Positions 49,047-59,034 of a stretch of 64,000 nucleotides of DNA are shown here, one piece after another (positions within the stretch are counted from its first letter, which is position 1; every line of letters begins with the position of its first letter). The stretch lies in the IMG/VR virus record IMGVR_UViG_3300034374_006354; one strand, given 5' to 3'. Made by a program: the position numbers and the translations under genes. The notes under the pieces were generated by a model. The model was not told where the DNA came from. It was given only the letters and a program-made list of their open reading frames with translations, and ran no database searches. Source of the stretch: an uncultured virus (IMG/VR IMGVR_UViG_3300034374_006354) (lineage: Duplodnaviria; Heunggongvirae; Uroviricota; Caudoviricetes).

Positions 49047-52000
49047 TTATGGGCCAATTCCATACCAGTCTTCTCCTTCTAGGATCAATTCCAATATGTC
49101 TTCGGCTGTAATACCATCCTTGGGGTTTAAGAGACCCAACTCTTCTGCTTCCTTAAGAAGTCTTTCATAGGACTCTTTAGAAAGCCCTTGTTTCCTCATT
49201 TCCTTGAGGGTACGAAGGAGTGTTTGACCCTCTACCGCATCCGCATATATTCTACGTAATGCCCATTTAGCATCTGTAGAATCAACGATGTTAGTAAAGA
49301 ATCCGTCATGAATAGTCGCTGTGTTCACGTTATTCGCTCTACCCCATAAGTGGAATTTGCGAACAATGGATGCGTCATTCATGTGGTTTCCATTTACTCC
49401 TAGACCGCTACGAGCATCAATAATCGATGACCTTCCTAAATATTTAGAGTCGGTTATCGCTACCTCGTAGACATTACTCACCCTCCTTCCAGTTACAGGA
49501 TCGATAAAAGAGATCCTTTCTTGAACTGTAGGACGGTATCGCTGATACAAGAGTTTACCGTCTACTGTAACCCAAGGTATGTCTACCTTTCCTGATTCAG
49601 TAATGTAAACCTCCGCAACTTTTTTCCAATATGAAATAAAGTTCTCCGTTACCGGAGCAACGTCTTTAAGGTGTTTTGACATAATACGGGCTACCTCTTT
49701 AAATTGTTGAGGGCCTACAATGCCACCTTTAACGTTGGTCAGCTTGGCTACAAAAAGCTCCGAATCAGGGTGAACGTCTCTAGCGTGTGCCAAGAGCTTT
49801 TTCCCGATTGGAACATTGTTAGTTATAGAGTAGTTTACTTCTGTTTTAAGTTCTCTTAGAGACGCCGCCACAGACGACGCATTAGATTTCTCCGCTGCTT
49901 TAATCGCATTATCAATGCCTTTATTAAAGTCTCTTAATTCATCAGCAGTTACTACTACAAAATTTTTCTTAGCAAGAACTTTAGCTAATTTAGCTTCAAT
50001 AGCCCCTGCTTGTGTTGCTTGTCCAGCACCATAAAAAGCTACCATCGATTGACCTTTAGCTGCCTTAGATAAATCACCAAAGTCTAAGTCGTTTCCTAAT
50101 GGATTTATTTTATGGAAGTCTGGATCAGATAAGGTTCTTTCTGCTACAATATCATAAAGACGATTCTTTCTTTTTGTTTTTAGAATATTAGAAGCCTGAG
50201 CTAACTGCCTATCCCTTGTGCTTAGGGCAATTAACTGAGCTCCTGAAGCAGAAGCGTCATTTTCGTTTGCTAATTGTGTGAAATAACCTTTTAATTTTCT
50301 ATTGTCAGTAAAATCACCATCTACATGCTTATAGATACGTGTATATTCAAGAGCAAGTCGAGCTAGTTTTGGAACTTCTTCAGGTTCAGTTGCCCTAATA
50401 AGAGGATGCTCTAGGAACTCCCGGATCCTACGATCCCTTTGAGTTTCTGCTAACATCAACTCCCCTATCTCTCTGAGTGCCTTCTCATTTTCTCTAAAGG
50501 CTCTTAGTCTTCCCTCATTAGTCAGAGTATTGAAAGGATCTCCTACGAGTGTTCCTAATTGCAATCGAAGTTCATTAACAGTCTCAGGACGAATTTGTTT
50601 AGATACTTTGGTATTTAAGAAGGGTCGTATGAACTCCCCTCCTGCAGGGTGAAGATACCCTTGGGTATATAATCGTCCTCTACCGTCTATCTGCGCCCAA
50701 TTCCTCCAAGATTGTTTATTAACGCGATGCCACCTTAAGGACTGCATCATGCCTGCGCCTGCTTCTCCTCTTTGAAGAACAATCTTTCGAAAACCGTTTA
50801 GCTCATCATAGTAGGCAACTCTTCCTCTGGGGTCTCTGAAATACATAAGAGATTCAAAGAAAGAGGCAAAATCATCATCAACTTCCCATTCAAAATCCAT
50901 GGCGTGATTAAGCATTCTAGAGAAATCCCTATCGATCAGGTTTTGATCATAATTACCAGAGGCTCTTCGTGTTATTACACTAAGCCCTGTTTTACGACCT
51001 CTAGAATCAAAGAACGTCTTTGATCCTGCCTTCACAGTAAGCATATCCCTTTCTCTTATGATACCAATTCGTCTAGAGTATACTAACTCCTGATATGCCC
51101 TCTGCAGTTTGAGCATTTCAGGGTCAATAATCTGGACTTCCCGGGAGATGGTATCCGCATAAGAGCCTATTCCCGGCCTTCCGGATTCGACATCGATGAT
51201 GCCTCTACGAGTAACACCTCTCATGCCAATTCTGATTTTGCCTTGGTCCTTAAGACCATCAAGAATATCTGATCCTACTTTATGATAATTTTTAACTGTT
51301 GGTGGTTTAAAGAATATATCGAAGTCGTTAGCCTCCGCTTCATAAATCTTCTTACCAATCCTAATAGCTAACAAATCATAGTCTGTAGACTCGCCTGTTG
51401 CTATGTCTGCCATTATCTCAGATAATAGCTTAGTACGTTTCTTTAAGAAATCAGGAGTAAGCTCTCTTTGTATAAAGTCTTCTCTTTTCCTGGCATATAT
51501 CCATTCAAGATCTAGAATCCTTCTTTTTCTCTCATTACCAGCTTGTAAAAAGCGAGTTATAAGATCATCTGAAGGTTCCCCATTATATCTCTTTAGAAAA
51601 GCCTTCCCAAAAGGTAAACTCTCAATTTCTTTCTTAATTTTCTTTCTAATAGATTTCTTAGTAGGAATGTAAGCAGGTACTCTTGGGAAATAAAGCCTAA
51701 GCGGTGATCTACCTTTAATATATAAATCTCTAGCTAAAGGTAATCCATTTTTAACTGCCCACTCATCTACGTATCTCTGATTTGATAATGTCCTGTCCGA
51801 CAAGTCATCAAAAGAAGTCCATTCTCCTAATATCTGAACTTGAGCATCTTCTTCTTTATTGCCAAAACGAAATATATTTCCTCGTAATCTAGATCTTCTA
51901 TCTAGAATTCTAGAAGTGTTCACTACTGAGTTCTTGAGTTCTGCTTTAAGAACGCTAGAAAGATTTACCCACGGAGTCTTATCTTTTGCGTACCTTTCGA

Positions 52001-53498
52001 ATACAATTCTAAGGTTTTCAGCAACAGCAGTTCTCTGATTGACAGATAATCCTTCATCTTCCAATGAATCTACAAAACCTGTAATCCAAGCTTTCTGTTC
52101 TGTCGTTAGTAGTTTAGATCTATTTACAAAGTCTATTCTCTCTTGGTATACTTCAAAATCAGGACTATAAATCAGTGTTGATTTTTGTTCTCCGGTTAAT
52201 GGATCAACTCCCACATTCCTTTCATCGAATTGATTATTTGCTCTCCGTCGAGTAGCACGTTTACCCGCAAGAGATGTACCTCTATAATCCACAACAGCCA
52301 AGGCGGAGGAATTATTGTGTGCCTCTGCCCTGTAAAAGACTTTAAGTTGGTTCTCAACGTCTTTATTACGAATCAAAGTCTGTGGTCTTGAAGCATCCAC
52401 TCTCAAATTATTAATAGCGGTTGCACTTAAAGCTTTCTGCTTTACTGGTGTGAAGTTTGTATTTTTATTATCCAGCCTTCGAAGTGCTTGTAATGAAATA
52501 GGTTTCCCACTTGCTGTAGTAAAACTTGTAAGCGGGAGTTGTCCAGAATCAAAAAGATCTACTTTCTGTATATCTCCTTGAAAATGGCGAACCTTAGTTT
52601 CTCTAGGTTGCCTTGTGAGCCATTGTCCATAGGTTTCCCTACTTGGCCCAATACCATCGAACTTTTTAATATTAGTTTGTTTAATAGCTTTAAGAGCTTT
52701 CTTTTTTACGTCAGGGGAAGTACTAGCTAAGAGCTCATCATAAGACTTAACAACAGGTACTAGTGTGCTACGACACCTCCAGTGTAAAGGAGGAACAAAG
52801 CGGAGGTCATCTAGGTCGTAGATTTCCCCATCGTGATGAGCACAAATGGCTGATGTACGATTATCCAATACTGCGGTAAAGCGCATGCCCTTAAGAATTG
52901 CTCTATTCTCTTGGAATGAAGCTAATTGAGCTGTAGTTTGCGTCTTAGTTACGGCAGTTCTCACTAATGCGGATGCTTGGGCTTCGGTCAATCTTGTTGT
53001 TTTTATAACCGAGCGGACTAGCTGTTTGTTGTCCCACCCTTCCCGCAAGCCTTTTGTAATAGTGGCTTGAATGCGCTTAAGTTCGTTAGCGCCGAGACCT
53101 TGGATACGCCTGCTTAGTGTTCCTTCCCCTCTGACGTTAGCACCTACGATTTCCTCAAGTACTTTAGTAGCAGCAGGTCTGCGGATTACCGCCCATTGAC
53201 CTAAGCTTTTATTGAGGTTATTAGTGCTAAAATCGGTTTCTACCAACCCAAAATCTTGCATTTGGGAGGTTACATTTACATCTAATTCTTTAGAGAATCG
53301 ACTAACCTCCTGTTTGATTTCAGGCATGTGTTGTACCGCAGTACCTTTCGTTAAGTCTTTCCCCTCTAATAATTTAGTCAAACGGGTTCTATGTTTACGT
53401 ATAGTACGTTTCGTATCCGTTTGAACACGATCCTCGTACATACGTGTCATAGCAGTATGATCAACTTGACGATCGTAAATATCATCATTGATTGACAT
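49047..53498 (-). CDS. MuF (SPP1 gp7-like) minor head protein fused to a T7-type RNA polymerase domain; putative virion RNA polymerase
   Basis: N-terminal FTAVLDNRTSAICAHHDG...PPLHWRCRSTLVP (MuF). C-terminal IDGRGRLY, NDASASGAQL (motif A), KAAKGQSMVAFYG (B), NGNHMNDAS and IHDGF (C). Confidence 0.9.
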   Translation of the reverse strand: MSINDDIYDRQVDHTAMTRMYEDRVQTDTKRTIRKHRTRLTKLLEGKDLTKGTAVQHMPEIKQEVSRFSKELDVNVTSQMQDFGLVETDFSTNNLNKSLGQWAVIRRPAATKVLEEIVGANVRGEGTLSRRIQGLGANELKRIQATITKGLREGWDNKQLVRSVIKTTRLTEAQASALVRTAVTKTQTTAQLASFQENRAILKGMRFTAVLDNRTSAICAHHDGEIYDLDDLRFVPPLHWRCRSTLVPVVKSYDELLASTSPDVKKKALKAIKQTNIKKFDGIGPSRETYGQWLTRQPRETKVRHFQGDIQKVDLFDSGQLPLTSFTTASGKPISLQALRRLDNKNTNFTPVKQKALSATAINNLRVDASRPQTLIRNKDVENQLKVFYRAEAHNNSSALAVVDYRGTSLAGKRATRRRANNQFDERNVGVDPLTGEQKSTLIYSPDFEVYQERIDFVNRSKLLTTEQKAWITGFVDSLEDEGLSVNQRTAVAENLRIVFERYAKDKTPWVNLSSVLKAELKNSVVNTSRILDRRSRLRGNIFRFGNKEEDAQVQILGEWTSFDDLSDRTLSNQRYVDEWAVKNGLPLARDLYIKGRSPLRLYFPRVPAYIPTKKSIRKKIKKEIESLPFGKAFLKRYNGEPSDDLITRFLQAGNERKRRILDLEWIYARKREDFIQRELTPDFLKKRTKLLSEIMADIATGESTDYDLLAIRIGKKIYEAEANDFDIFFKPPTVKNYHKVGSDILDGLKDQGKIRIGMRGVTRRGIIDVESGRPGIGSYADTISREVQIIDPEMLKLQRAYQELVYSRRIGIIRERDMLTVKAGSKTFFDSRGRKTGLSVITRRASGNYDQNLIDRDFSRMLNHAMDFEWEVDDDFASFFESLMYFRDPRGRVAYYDELNGFRKIVLQRGEAGAGMMQSLRWHRVNKQSWRNWAQIDGRGRLYTQGYLHPAGGEFIRPFLNTKVSKQIRPETVNELRLQLGTLVGDPFNTLTNEGRLRAFRENEKALREIGELMLAETQRDRRIREFLEHPLIRATEPEEVPKLARLALEYTRIYKHVDGDFTDNRKLKGYFTQLANENDASASGAQLIALSTRDRQLAQASNILKTKRKNRLYDIVAERTLSDPDFHKINPLGNDLDFGDLSKAAKGQSMVAFYGAGQATQAGAIEAKLAKVLAKKNFVVVTADELRDFNKGIDNAIKAAEKSNASSVAASLRELKTEVNYSITNNVPIGKKLLAHARDVHPDSELFVAKLTNVKGGIVGPQQFKEVARIMSKHLKDVAPVTENFISYWKKVAEVYITESGKVDIPWVTVDGKLLYQRYRPTVQERISFIDPVTGRRVSNVYEVAITDSKYLGRSSIIDARSGLGVNGNHMNDASIVRKFHLWGRANNVNTATIHDGFFTNIVDSTDAKWALRRIYADAVEGQTLLRTLKEMRKQGLSKESYERLLKEAEELGLLNPKDGITAEDILELILEGEDWYGIGP

Positions 53499-53523
53499 AA
53501 AACCCCCGTTTAACTAGTATAAT

Positions 53524-53703
53524 TTAGAAGTCGGAATCTTTAATAACTTTAGCTTCTTCCCTTGAGGAAACCAAAAGTCGTCCATCTTCCAACACTTCCA
53601 GGACTTTAAAGCCCTCGTTATTTGTATCGCCAACTTTTACTTTGGACTTTTTCTTATCAGCTTTGATACTCCATGAAGTATCTTTTTCTTCTTTATCCGC
53701 CAT
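53524..53703 (-). CDS. hypothetical protein (59 aa)
   Basis: Manual translation MADKEEKDTSWSIKADKKKSKVKVGDTNNEGFKVLEVLEDGRLLVSSREEAKVIKDSDF; fills the gap between genes. Confidence 0.55.
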   Translation of the reverse strand: MADKEEKDTSWSIKADKKKSKVKVGDTNNEGFKVLEVLEDGRLLVSSREEAKVIKDSDF

Positions 53704-53974
53704 GATTAAATTTCCCTTCCATTAACAGGACAGCATCATCTTCTAGCATAGGCGTTTTTCCTAGAAACTTATTATTCTCTGGGGTAGGCTCTACAATCCA
53801 TCGAATTTCAGTATCACCATGACTACCCGCAGGCACTTCTCGTTTCTCTACAATTTTCCACAAACCGTTTTTAGACAGCATGCCTACTTCCAGTTTAGGA
53901 ACGGATTTAAGCTCAGGCTTTTCTTCTTCCTTCTTAGGACGGCCCGGGCCTTTCTTTTCTTCACTCATTATCAT
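53693..53974 (-). CDS. hypothetical protein
   Basis: KGPGRPKK AT-hook-like motif; overlaps the portal stop. Confidence 0.6.
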   Translation of the reverse strand: MIMSEEKKGPGRPKKEEEKPELKSVPKLEVGMLSKNGLWKIVEKREVPAGSHGDTEIRWIVEPTPENNKFLGKTPMLEDDAVLLMEGKFNHGG

Positions 53975-55589
53975 CTTCCTCAGAAATTGGTTCTGGTGTA
54001 TTAGTTTGTTGGTTGACTATAGAGTCCATAGTCATAGTGTCTAATCCACCCATAATTAAATCATCTTGGTTAATCTCATCTTGACCTTCTAGATCATCAT
54101 AGTCAGAGTCGATAATATCGTTAGCTTTAGCCACTTCCAAGAATACGGATCGTGGAATAATGCCGGTTTGATACCACTCTGTAACCAGACGCAACCAATC
54201 AGCACCTAAAGGCGCAGGGTTAAGATCAGGAGTCAAGTTAAAGGTAATCTCTTCGATATCGTAATCGGTGTCATATTTCCAGTTTAGCATCCACATAAGA
54301 ATTCGTCTCATTTGAGTAGATACTTTAAAACTGATGGAAGCAAGCAATGCAGACTGACCCGCATTACGGATCTCCAAAGCTACACCAGAATCTCTACCGC
54401 TGCCATTCTCAGCAGCCATCATTCTAATACCCAATCTTGCCATTTCATTGACAGAGTTTTGAATGATTTGTTCCATATCTCGAAGAGCTTTTGATGGTGT
54501 TTCGAGAGCCTTAACATCCTCTCCTGCACCAACCTTTAGCCAAGAGCCAAGGCCTCCATCCACAACCTCCTCAAACTGATCATCAGTCATGTCAGAGATT
54601 ACAACAGGAGTATAAGTTGCTGAACCAAGCAATAAGTGGTTCCTTCGTGATACTTTGTTGTATAGCGCTACTTCCCTATCGATGAGCGGCATAAGAACCG
54701 GTTCATCTCCATCGATATTTCCGTTAAGAGGAACAGCAGGAATAAAATTTAATCTTTTTCCATTGGCTAGGATATTGTCATTTATGCCAATAAGCTCCCA
54801 ACCTGAACCTCCTCCACGATGGAAGTCATTTTGTTCTTGACCATTGATAAACTGTACATCTACTGGCTTCTTTTTAATCTGGTATTTCTTAATTCTATAA
54901 AAACCCATTTCATCTAGTTCATGGACATGAACAGTCTCAATATAATCCGGATGATAAGGATTCTCAGCAAAGCTTTCTTCATAGCTTCTGATTATCATAA
55001 ATTTAAGAACATGTTTTCCAGTTATGGGGTGTTTACCCATCTTCCAGTTAATAACAGATTCGGCCTGAATAAGGATAGGATAAGGTCTAATCTTATCTCT
55101 GTCTTCTTTTTCTAGTGCCTCGATATTAGGAACCACAGGATGGTCCACCATTACCCAAGCTCTAGAGGTATGAAGCTCCTCTGTAAGAGCATCATTAAGG
55201 AATGATAATAGAGAATTACCATTCGCAGTAAATTCGTTTTTAATCCAATCTAATGCACCTTCAGGTACACCGTCTGGTAAAATTACTTCAGGTTGTTTTC
55301 GAAGCATACCACCAATCAATACTTTAACATATTGAGAGGTAAGTCCAGGCAGTTCTGCTTCTGCTTTATAAAACTTATATTGAGATTCCGTCATAGACGG
55401 AGAGAAGGGCAATAAGATATTACTAAACCCTATTGCATCCAAGGTGTTATCCAGAGCCTTAGCGTGTGCTTGACCATTCAGGATGCCCCTAGATAACCTC
55501 CAAAGAGGCTTCAAGGACTCATACCTTGAATTAGGATCTCCAACCGTTTTACTACGGTTATTGGAGGTACCTGTACTATTTGTAGACAT
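53961..55589 (-). CDS. Portal protein
   Basis: 542 aa directly after the terminase; DSGVALEIR; acidic C-terminus. Confidence 0.85.
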   Translation of the reverse strand: MSTNSTGTSNNRSKTVGDPNSRYESLKPLWRLSRGILNGQAHAKALDNTLDAIGFSNILLPFSPSMTESQYKFYKAEAELPGLTSQYVKVLIGGMLRKQPEVILPDGVPEGALDWIKNEFTANGNSLLSFLNDALTEELHTSRAWVMVDHPVVPNIEALEKEDRDKIRPYPILIQAESVINWKMGKHPITGKHVLKFMIIRSYEESFAENPYHPDYIETVHVHELDEMGFYRIKKYQIKKKPVDVQFINGQEQNDFHRGGGSGWELIGINDNILANGKRLNFIPAVPLNGNIDGDEPVLMPLIDREVALYNKVSRRNHLLLGSATYTPVVISDMTDDQFEEVVDGGLGSWLKVGAGEDVKALETPSKALRDMEQIIQNSVNEMARLGIRMMAAENGSGRDSGVALEIRNAGQSALLASISFKVSTQMRRILMWMLNWKYDTDYDIEEITFNLTPDLNPAPLGADWLRLVTEWYQTGIIPRSVFLEVAKANDIIDSDYDDLEGQDEINQDDLIMGGLDTMTMDSIVNQQTNTPEPISEEDDNE

Positions 55590-55600
55590 CTAAGCCTCCG

Positions 55601-56941
55601 TTAAAATGTGTATGATTGTCTTGATCTTTTCTTAGTCCCTGCTGTTACAGGGAACAAGAATTCTGAAGCGTATCTTACACCGTCTGAATGGTGTTCTACG
55701 CCTTCTGATTTATCGATCATAGCAGAATCTGGATTATTTTCTTTCCAGACAGTTCTTTCCATTGATCTAATAGTATTCTTACATCTTGGATGAAATAGCA
55801 TTCGTACCTCACCAGCTGCTGTTTTAAGCATCCTGTTTACTGATGCAACAGAATCTACAATAGGTGGGTTCTTGTTTCTTGCCCTAGTCTCGAAGTTAAA
55901 GCTTTGCAGAATAGAGAAGTCAGTTCTTCCTACCGCTGCAGAAGACTTTCTGTTACGGCCTGTAGGGTCAGGATAACAAATAATCTTATGACCCTTATCT
56001 CCATATTGGGCTTTAAGCCTTTTACCTAAAGTTTCTGTATCGGGATGACCCATAAAGTCCTCTAAGAAGTGCATTTGACCTCCTCTCAATGCAAACAAAG
56101 AGGTGGCCATAATACCTACGTTGAAGTCAATACACGCATGAACATCTTCTCCCTCTTCAAAGTAGGGGATAGTATTCGTTACATGATCACGTCTATTAAA
56201 GTTATAGAACAGGTTGTTACCTGATTCATCAAAGGACGCTTCATATTCCCTCTTAAACTGGAGGGGATCCATTGTGTGTAAATCCCGCTCAATTTCTTCT
56301 GGATCAAGGTAGGGACTATCTTTGTATGTAAAATGGTAACTTCCCCATCGATCGTCGACGGATTCGTTATTGTATAAGTCATAAAAATAATCTTTACCTT
56401 TGGGCGTACTAATAATGAGGGATCGTCCTGGTGAAGGAGCACCTAATGCTCTCGCCCGTTCTGGTGACCATCTAGTAGCTACACAAGGCCTAATCACGGA
56501 TTCCCATGACTCCCTAAATGAACTACCTGCCCCACCCCAAGAGGTTACCTCATCGAGCACAACAAAATATTGACCTGAGCCCCTGAGTCGTTCGGACGCT
56601 TCATAAGACCATAGTTTCAATATAACGTTATTAGGGAACCAGAATGTTCCTGAGTGCATACTACACTTATCTGCCCAATCTTCCATCCCAAATTGCCAAG
56701 CAATCATAGGAAAGTAAATATCTAAAGTTTGTTGGTAAGTAGGAGCAATGAGAGCCACATTCTTATTAGGAACATCTGCTGGCATATTAACTAAATCTTG
56801 TACTGCCAAACAAGCCGCTGCTCCTGCAAGATAACTCTTACCAAATCCCCGAGAAGCACAACAGACTGCATTCCTGATCCTCTTTTCTACAAAGAGATCA
56901 TTAATGATCTGCGACTGGCCCGGGTGTAGAGTGATACTCAT
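55601..56941 (-). CDS. terL: Terminase large subunit
   Basis: LHPGQ, ASRGFGKS, VVLDE, ISTPKG, FKREYEASF, IDFN and HHSDGVRY. Confidence 0.95.
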   Translation of the reverse strand: MSITLHPGQSQIINDLFVEKRIRNAVCCASRGFGKSYLAGAAACLAVQDLVNMPADVPNKNVALIAPTYQQTLDIYFPMIAWQFGMEDWADKCSMHSGTFWFPNNVILKLWSYEASERLRGSGQYFVVLDEVTSWGGAGSSFRESWESVIRPCVATRWSPERARALGAPSPGRSLIISTPKGKDYFYDLYNNESVDDRWGSYHFTYKDSPYLDPEEIERDLHTMDPLQFKREYEASFDESGNNLFYNFNRRDHVTNTIPYFEEGEDVHACIDFNVGIMATSLFALRGGQMHFLEDFMGHPDTETLGKRLKAQYGDKGHKIICYPDPTGRNRKSSAAVGRTDFSILQSFNFETRARNKNPPIVDSVASVNRMLKTAAGEVRMLFHPRCKNTIRSMERTVWKENNPDSAMIDKSEGVEHHSDGVRYASEFLFPVTAGTKKRSRQSYTF

Positions 56942-57429
56942 TTCATAAATCTCCTAAAGAGTAACTTGATCCTTCCTTTGAAAGATCTAGTATTCTCAAT
57001 ATCTTCTTTTAATCCGTAATAACCAAGATTAGTATATTCTTCTGTTGTATACCACAACCATTTCTTTGGATCAAAGCGTTTTGGAATCTCATTAGTACAC
57101 TTGAGATGCTTCGTAGCTATCTCATAACCAATATATTGTCCGGGGAAGAACGCTTTATGCTTTCCATCAGAAAAATTATAGCATGAATCCTTGTCATAGA
57201 ATTCTGAAAGGAGTTCTGATTCCTTTTCCTGACATTCTTGCCGACTGCCACGGAAGACAATTTCCCTCTTGAAATGCATCTTTGGATCAGAATAATCCCT
57301 CCAGAATTCCCAATTTCTACTAGAGCAGACATAGGAATCATCTTCGGATCCTTTATGATACCCAATGTATATCTTACCACTAGATTGGTTTGTAAGAATA
57401 TATACAAAGGAAGTCTGCTTGTTGTCCAT
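56938..57429 (-). CDS. Seg-like GIY-YIG endonuclease
   Basis: FVYILTN..SGKIYIGYH...Y.CSS...E...YN. Confidence 0.75.
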   Translation of the reverse strand: MDNKQTSFVYILTNQSSGKIYIGYHKGSEDDSYVCSSRNWEFWRDYSDPKMHFKREIVFRGSRQECQEKESELLSEFYDKDSCYNFSDGKHKAFFPGQYIGYEIATKHLKCTNEIPKRFDPKKWLWYTTEEYTNLGYYGLKEDIENTRSFKGRIKLLFRRFMK

Positions 57430-58092
57430 TTAACTCTCCATTACTTCTAACCACATTCTACACGCATCGCTCCTTTGGCAGTCTTTGAGGGTGAACTCAA
57501 TGACTGGGATTGGTAGATTGTGTTTATTAATCTTTTCAACTAGCCAAGATAACCCCGAATTACAAGGTATATCCTTCTGTTTTAGGTCTCCATTAATTAG
57601 TAGTTTGGCGTTTACTCCTACGCGAGTAACTAACATCATTGCCTGTTCAACTGTCAGGTTCTGACATTCATCCGCTAGGATCCATGTGTCATCAAATGTT
57701 CTACCACGCATCAATTGCAATGGTACAATCTCAATATTCTTCCCTAAGTCACATTTAACCTTACCGTGTCCTACTCGTTGTGCGATGACATCTAGTACAG
57801 GCATTGCCCAAGGAATTGTTTTGTCGTCAAGATCACCGGGAAGGTGTCCTAACTCTTCACCTACGGGAACCATGGGTCTGGTAATGACAATTTTCCTTTT
57901 GGGAGAACGTGCATACCAGTCTGCCGCCAACCCTGCTGTAATGAATGTTTTTCCTGTTCCAGCAGAGCCCGTAGTGACTACTTGATCATAATATGAAATA
58001 GCATCTATAAGCTTTTCTTGGTTTAGAGTTTTCGCCTGAATTTGAGGCGCAGAAAACTGTTGTTGATATTGTTTCTTAGCTCTTTTACCCAT
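57430..58092 (-). CDS. phoH: PhoH-family ATPase
   Basis: GSAGTGKT, LGHLPGD, MRGRTF, DECQN and GDLKQKD. Confidence 0.95.
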   Translation of the reverse strand: MGKRAKKQYQQQFSAPQIQAKTLNQEKLIDAISYYDQVVTTGSAGTGKTFITAGLAADWYARSPKRKIVITRPMVPVGEELGHLPGDLDDKTIPWAMPVLDVIAQRVGHGKVKCDLGKNIEIVPLQLMRGRTFDDTWILADECQNLTVEQAMMLVTRVGVNAKLLINGDLKQKDIPCNSGLSWLVEKINKHNLPIPVIEFTLKDCQRSDACRMWLEVMES

Positions 58093-58162
58093 TTATATGA
58101 GACCTTCGTTAGTTAACACAAAAGGCTCTTGAGGCTTACTCGTCCGCCCCAGAGGAGCCTGA

Positions 58163-58609
58163 CTACCTGTAGGTTTTCTCAACCCACTTTGCAAACAAAA
58201 GAAGTTCCTCTTCTCCCGCTTGGCTTTTCATGGCATTAGCCAATCCAGATATGAATTGAATATTTCCACGAATATAACCCTTACTAGGATCAATCCTGTC
58301 TAATGTAGGACTTGATCTCCATCCTTCATTATCGGTGTAATTACCTACCTTGAGTTTAATACCAAGGATAGGGCATTTAAAATCGTAAGGGAGAATATCT
58401 ACAAGATCTTGCATAGTAATATCAGCGGGTACTCCCTTCTTTTCTGCTCGTCTGATACAGTCTTTCTTAGTAGAGTTAAGCCACCTGCATAATGTAGTGT
58501 CATTTACAAGATCTTTAAAATGGTTCTCGCAACCAATGCATACTTTCCTTTTAGGATTGAAACGTTGGCATACGTTAGCGTCATTATGGCAGACATAGCA
58601 GCTAGTCAT
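58163..58609 (-). CDS. HNH-like endonuclease
   Basis: CPILG...SPTLDRIDPSKGYIRGNIQFIS..ANAMK. Confidence 0.8.
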   Translation of the reverse strand: MTSCYVCHNDANVCQRFNPKRKVCIGCENHFKDLVNDTTLCRWLNSTKKDCIRRAEKKGVPADITMQDLVDILPYDFKCPILGIKLKVGNYTDNEGWRSSPTLDRIDPSKGYIRGNIQFISGLANAMKSQAGEEELLLFAKWVEKTYR

Positions 58610-59033
58610 TTAGGCTATTCCTTGCTACACCTTTCATTTTCTCATAGGTCCTCATACCGCCCAGCCCTAAAAGACCAAGTAGGAGAGGCATCATCCCTGA
58701 GATATCAATAGTAGGAAATACAACAGGTACTCCTGCTAATGCACAGAGAAAAGTGAGCAGTGGACCTATGAGGAAGTTCATAGCGAATCCGATCCCACAC
58801 ACCCAAACAATAAAAGGACGTCCTCCAGAAACAAATAAGCTACTGTGTTTAGCCTCTTCTTTATTAATTTCTAGCTGTGCAAGCCTAATAGCCTGCTCAT
58901 TAGCTGCTTCAAAGGTTTTAATCTTGAAAGCTAATTCATCTTTACTAATTTTTCCATCTTGCCATTGGCGGATAAGGTCACCAACCTCTCCAATGAGGTC
59001 TCCACCAAGGACACTTAATATTTTACTTAGCAT
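58602..59033 (-). CDS. Holin (3TM holin-like)
   Basis: SLFVSGGRPFIVWVCG...LLGLGGMRTYEK pattern with TM segments. Confidence 0.8.
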   Translation of the reverse strand: MLSKILSVLGGDLIGEVGDLIRQWQDGKISKDELAFKIKTFEAANEQAIRLAQLEINKEEAKHSSLFVSGGRPFIVWVCGIGFAMNFLIGPLLTFLCALAGVPVVFPTIDISGMMPLLLGLLGLGGMRTYEKMKGVARNSLND

Positions 59034-59034
59034 A

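Noticed and set aside
49047..52400. MuF C-terminal toxin domain
   Set aside because: The extension carries the ordered RNA polymerase motifs, and no toxin motif was recognised.
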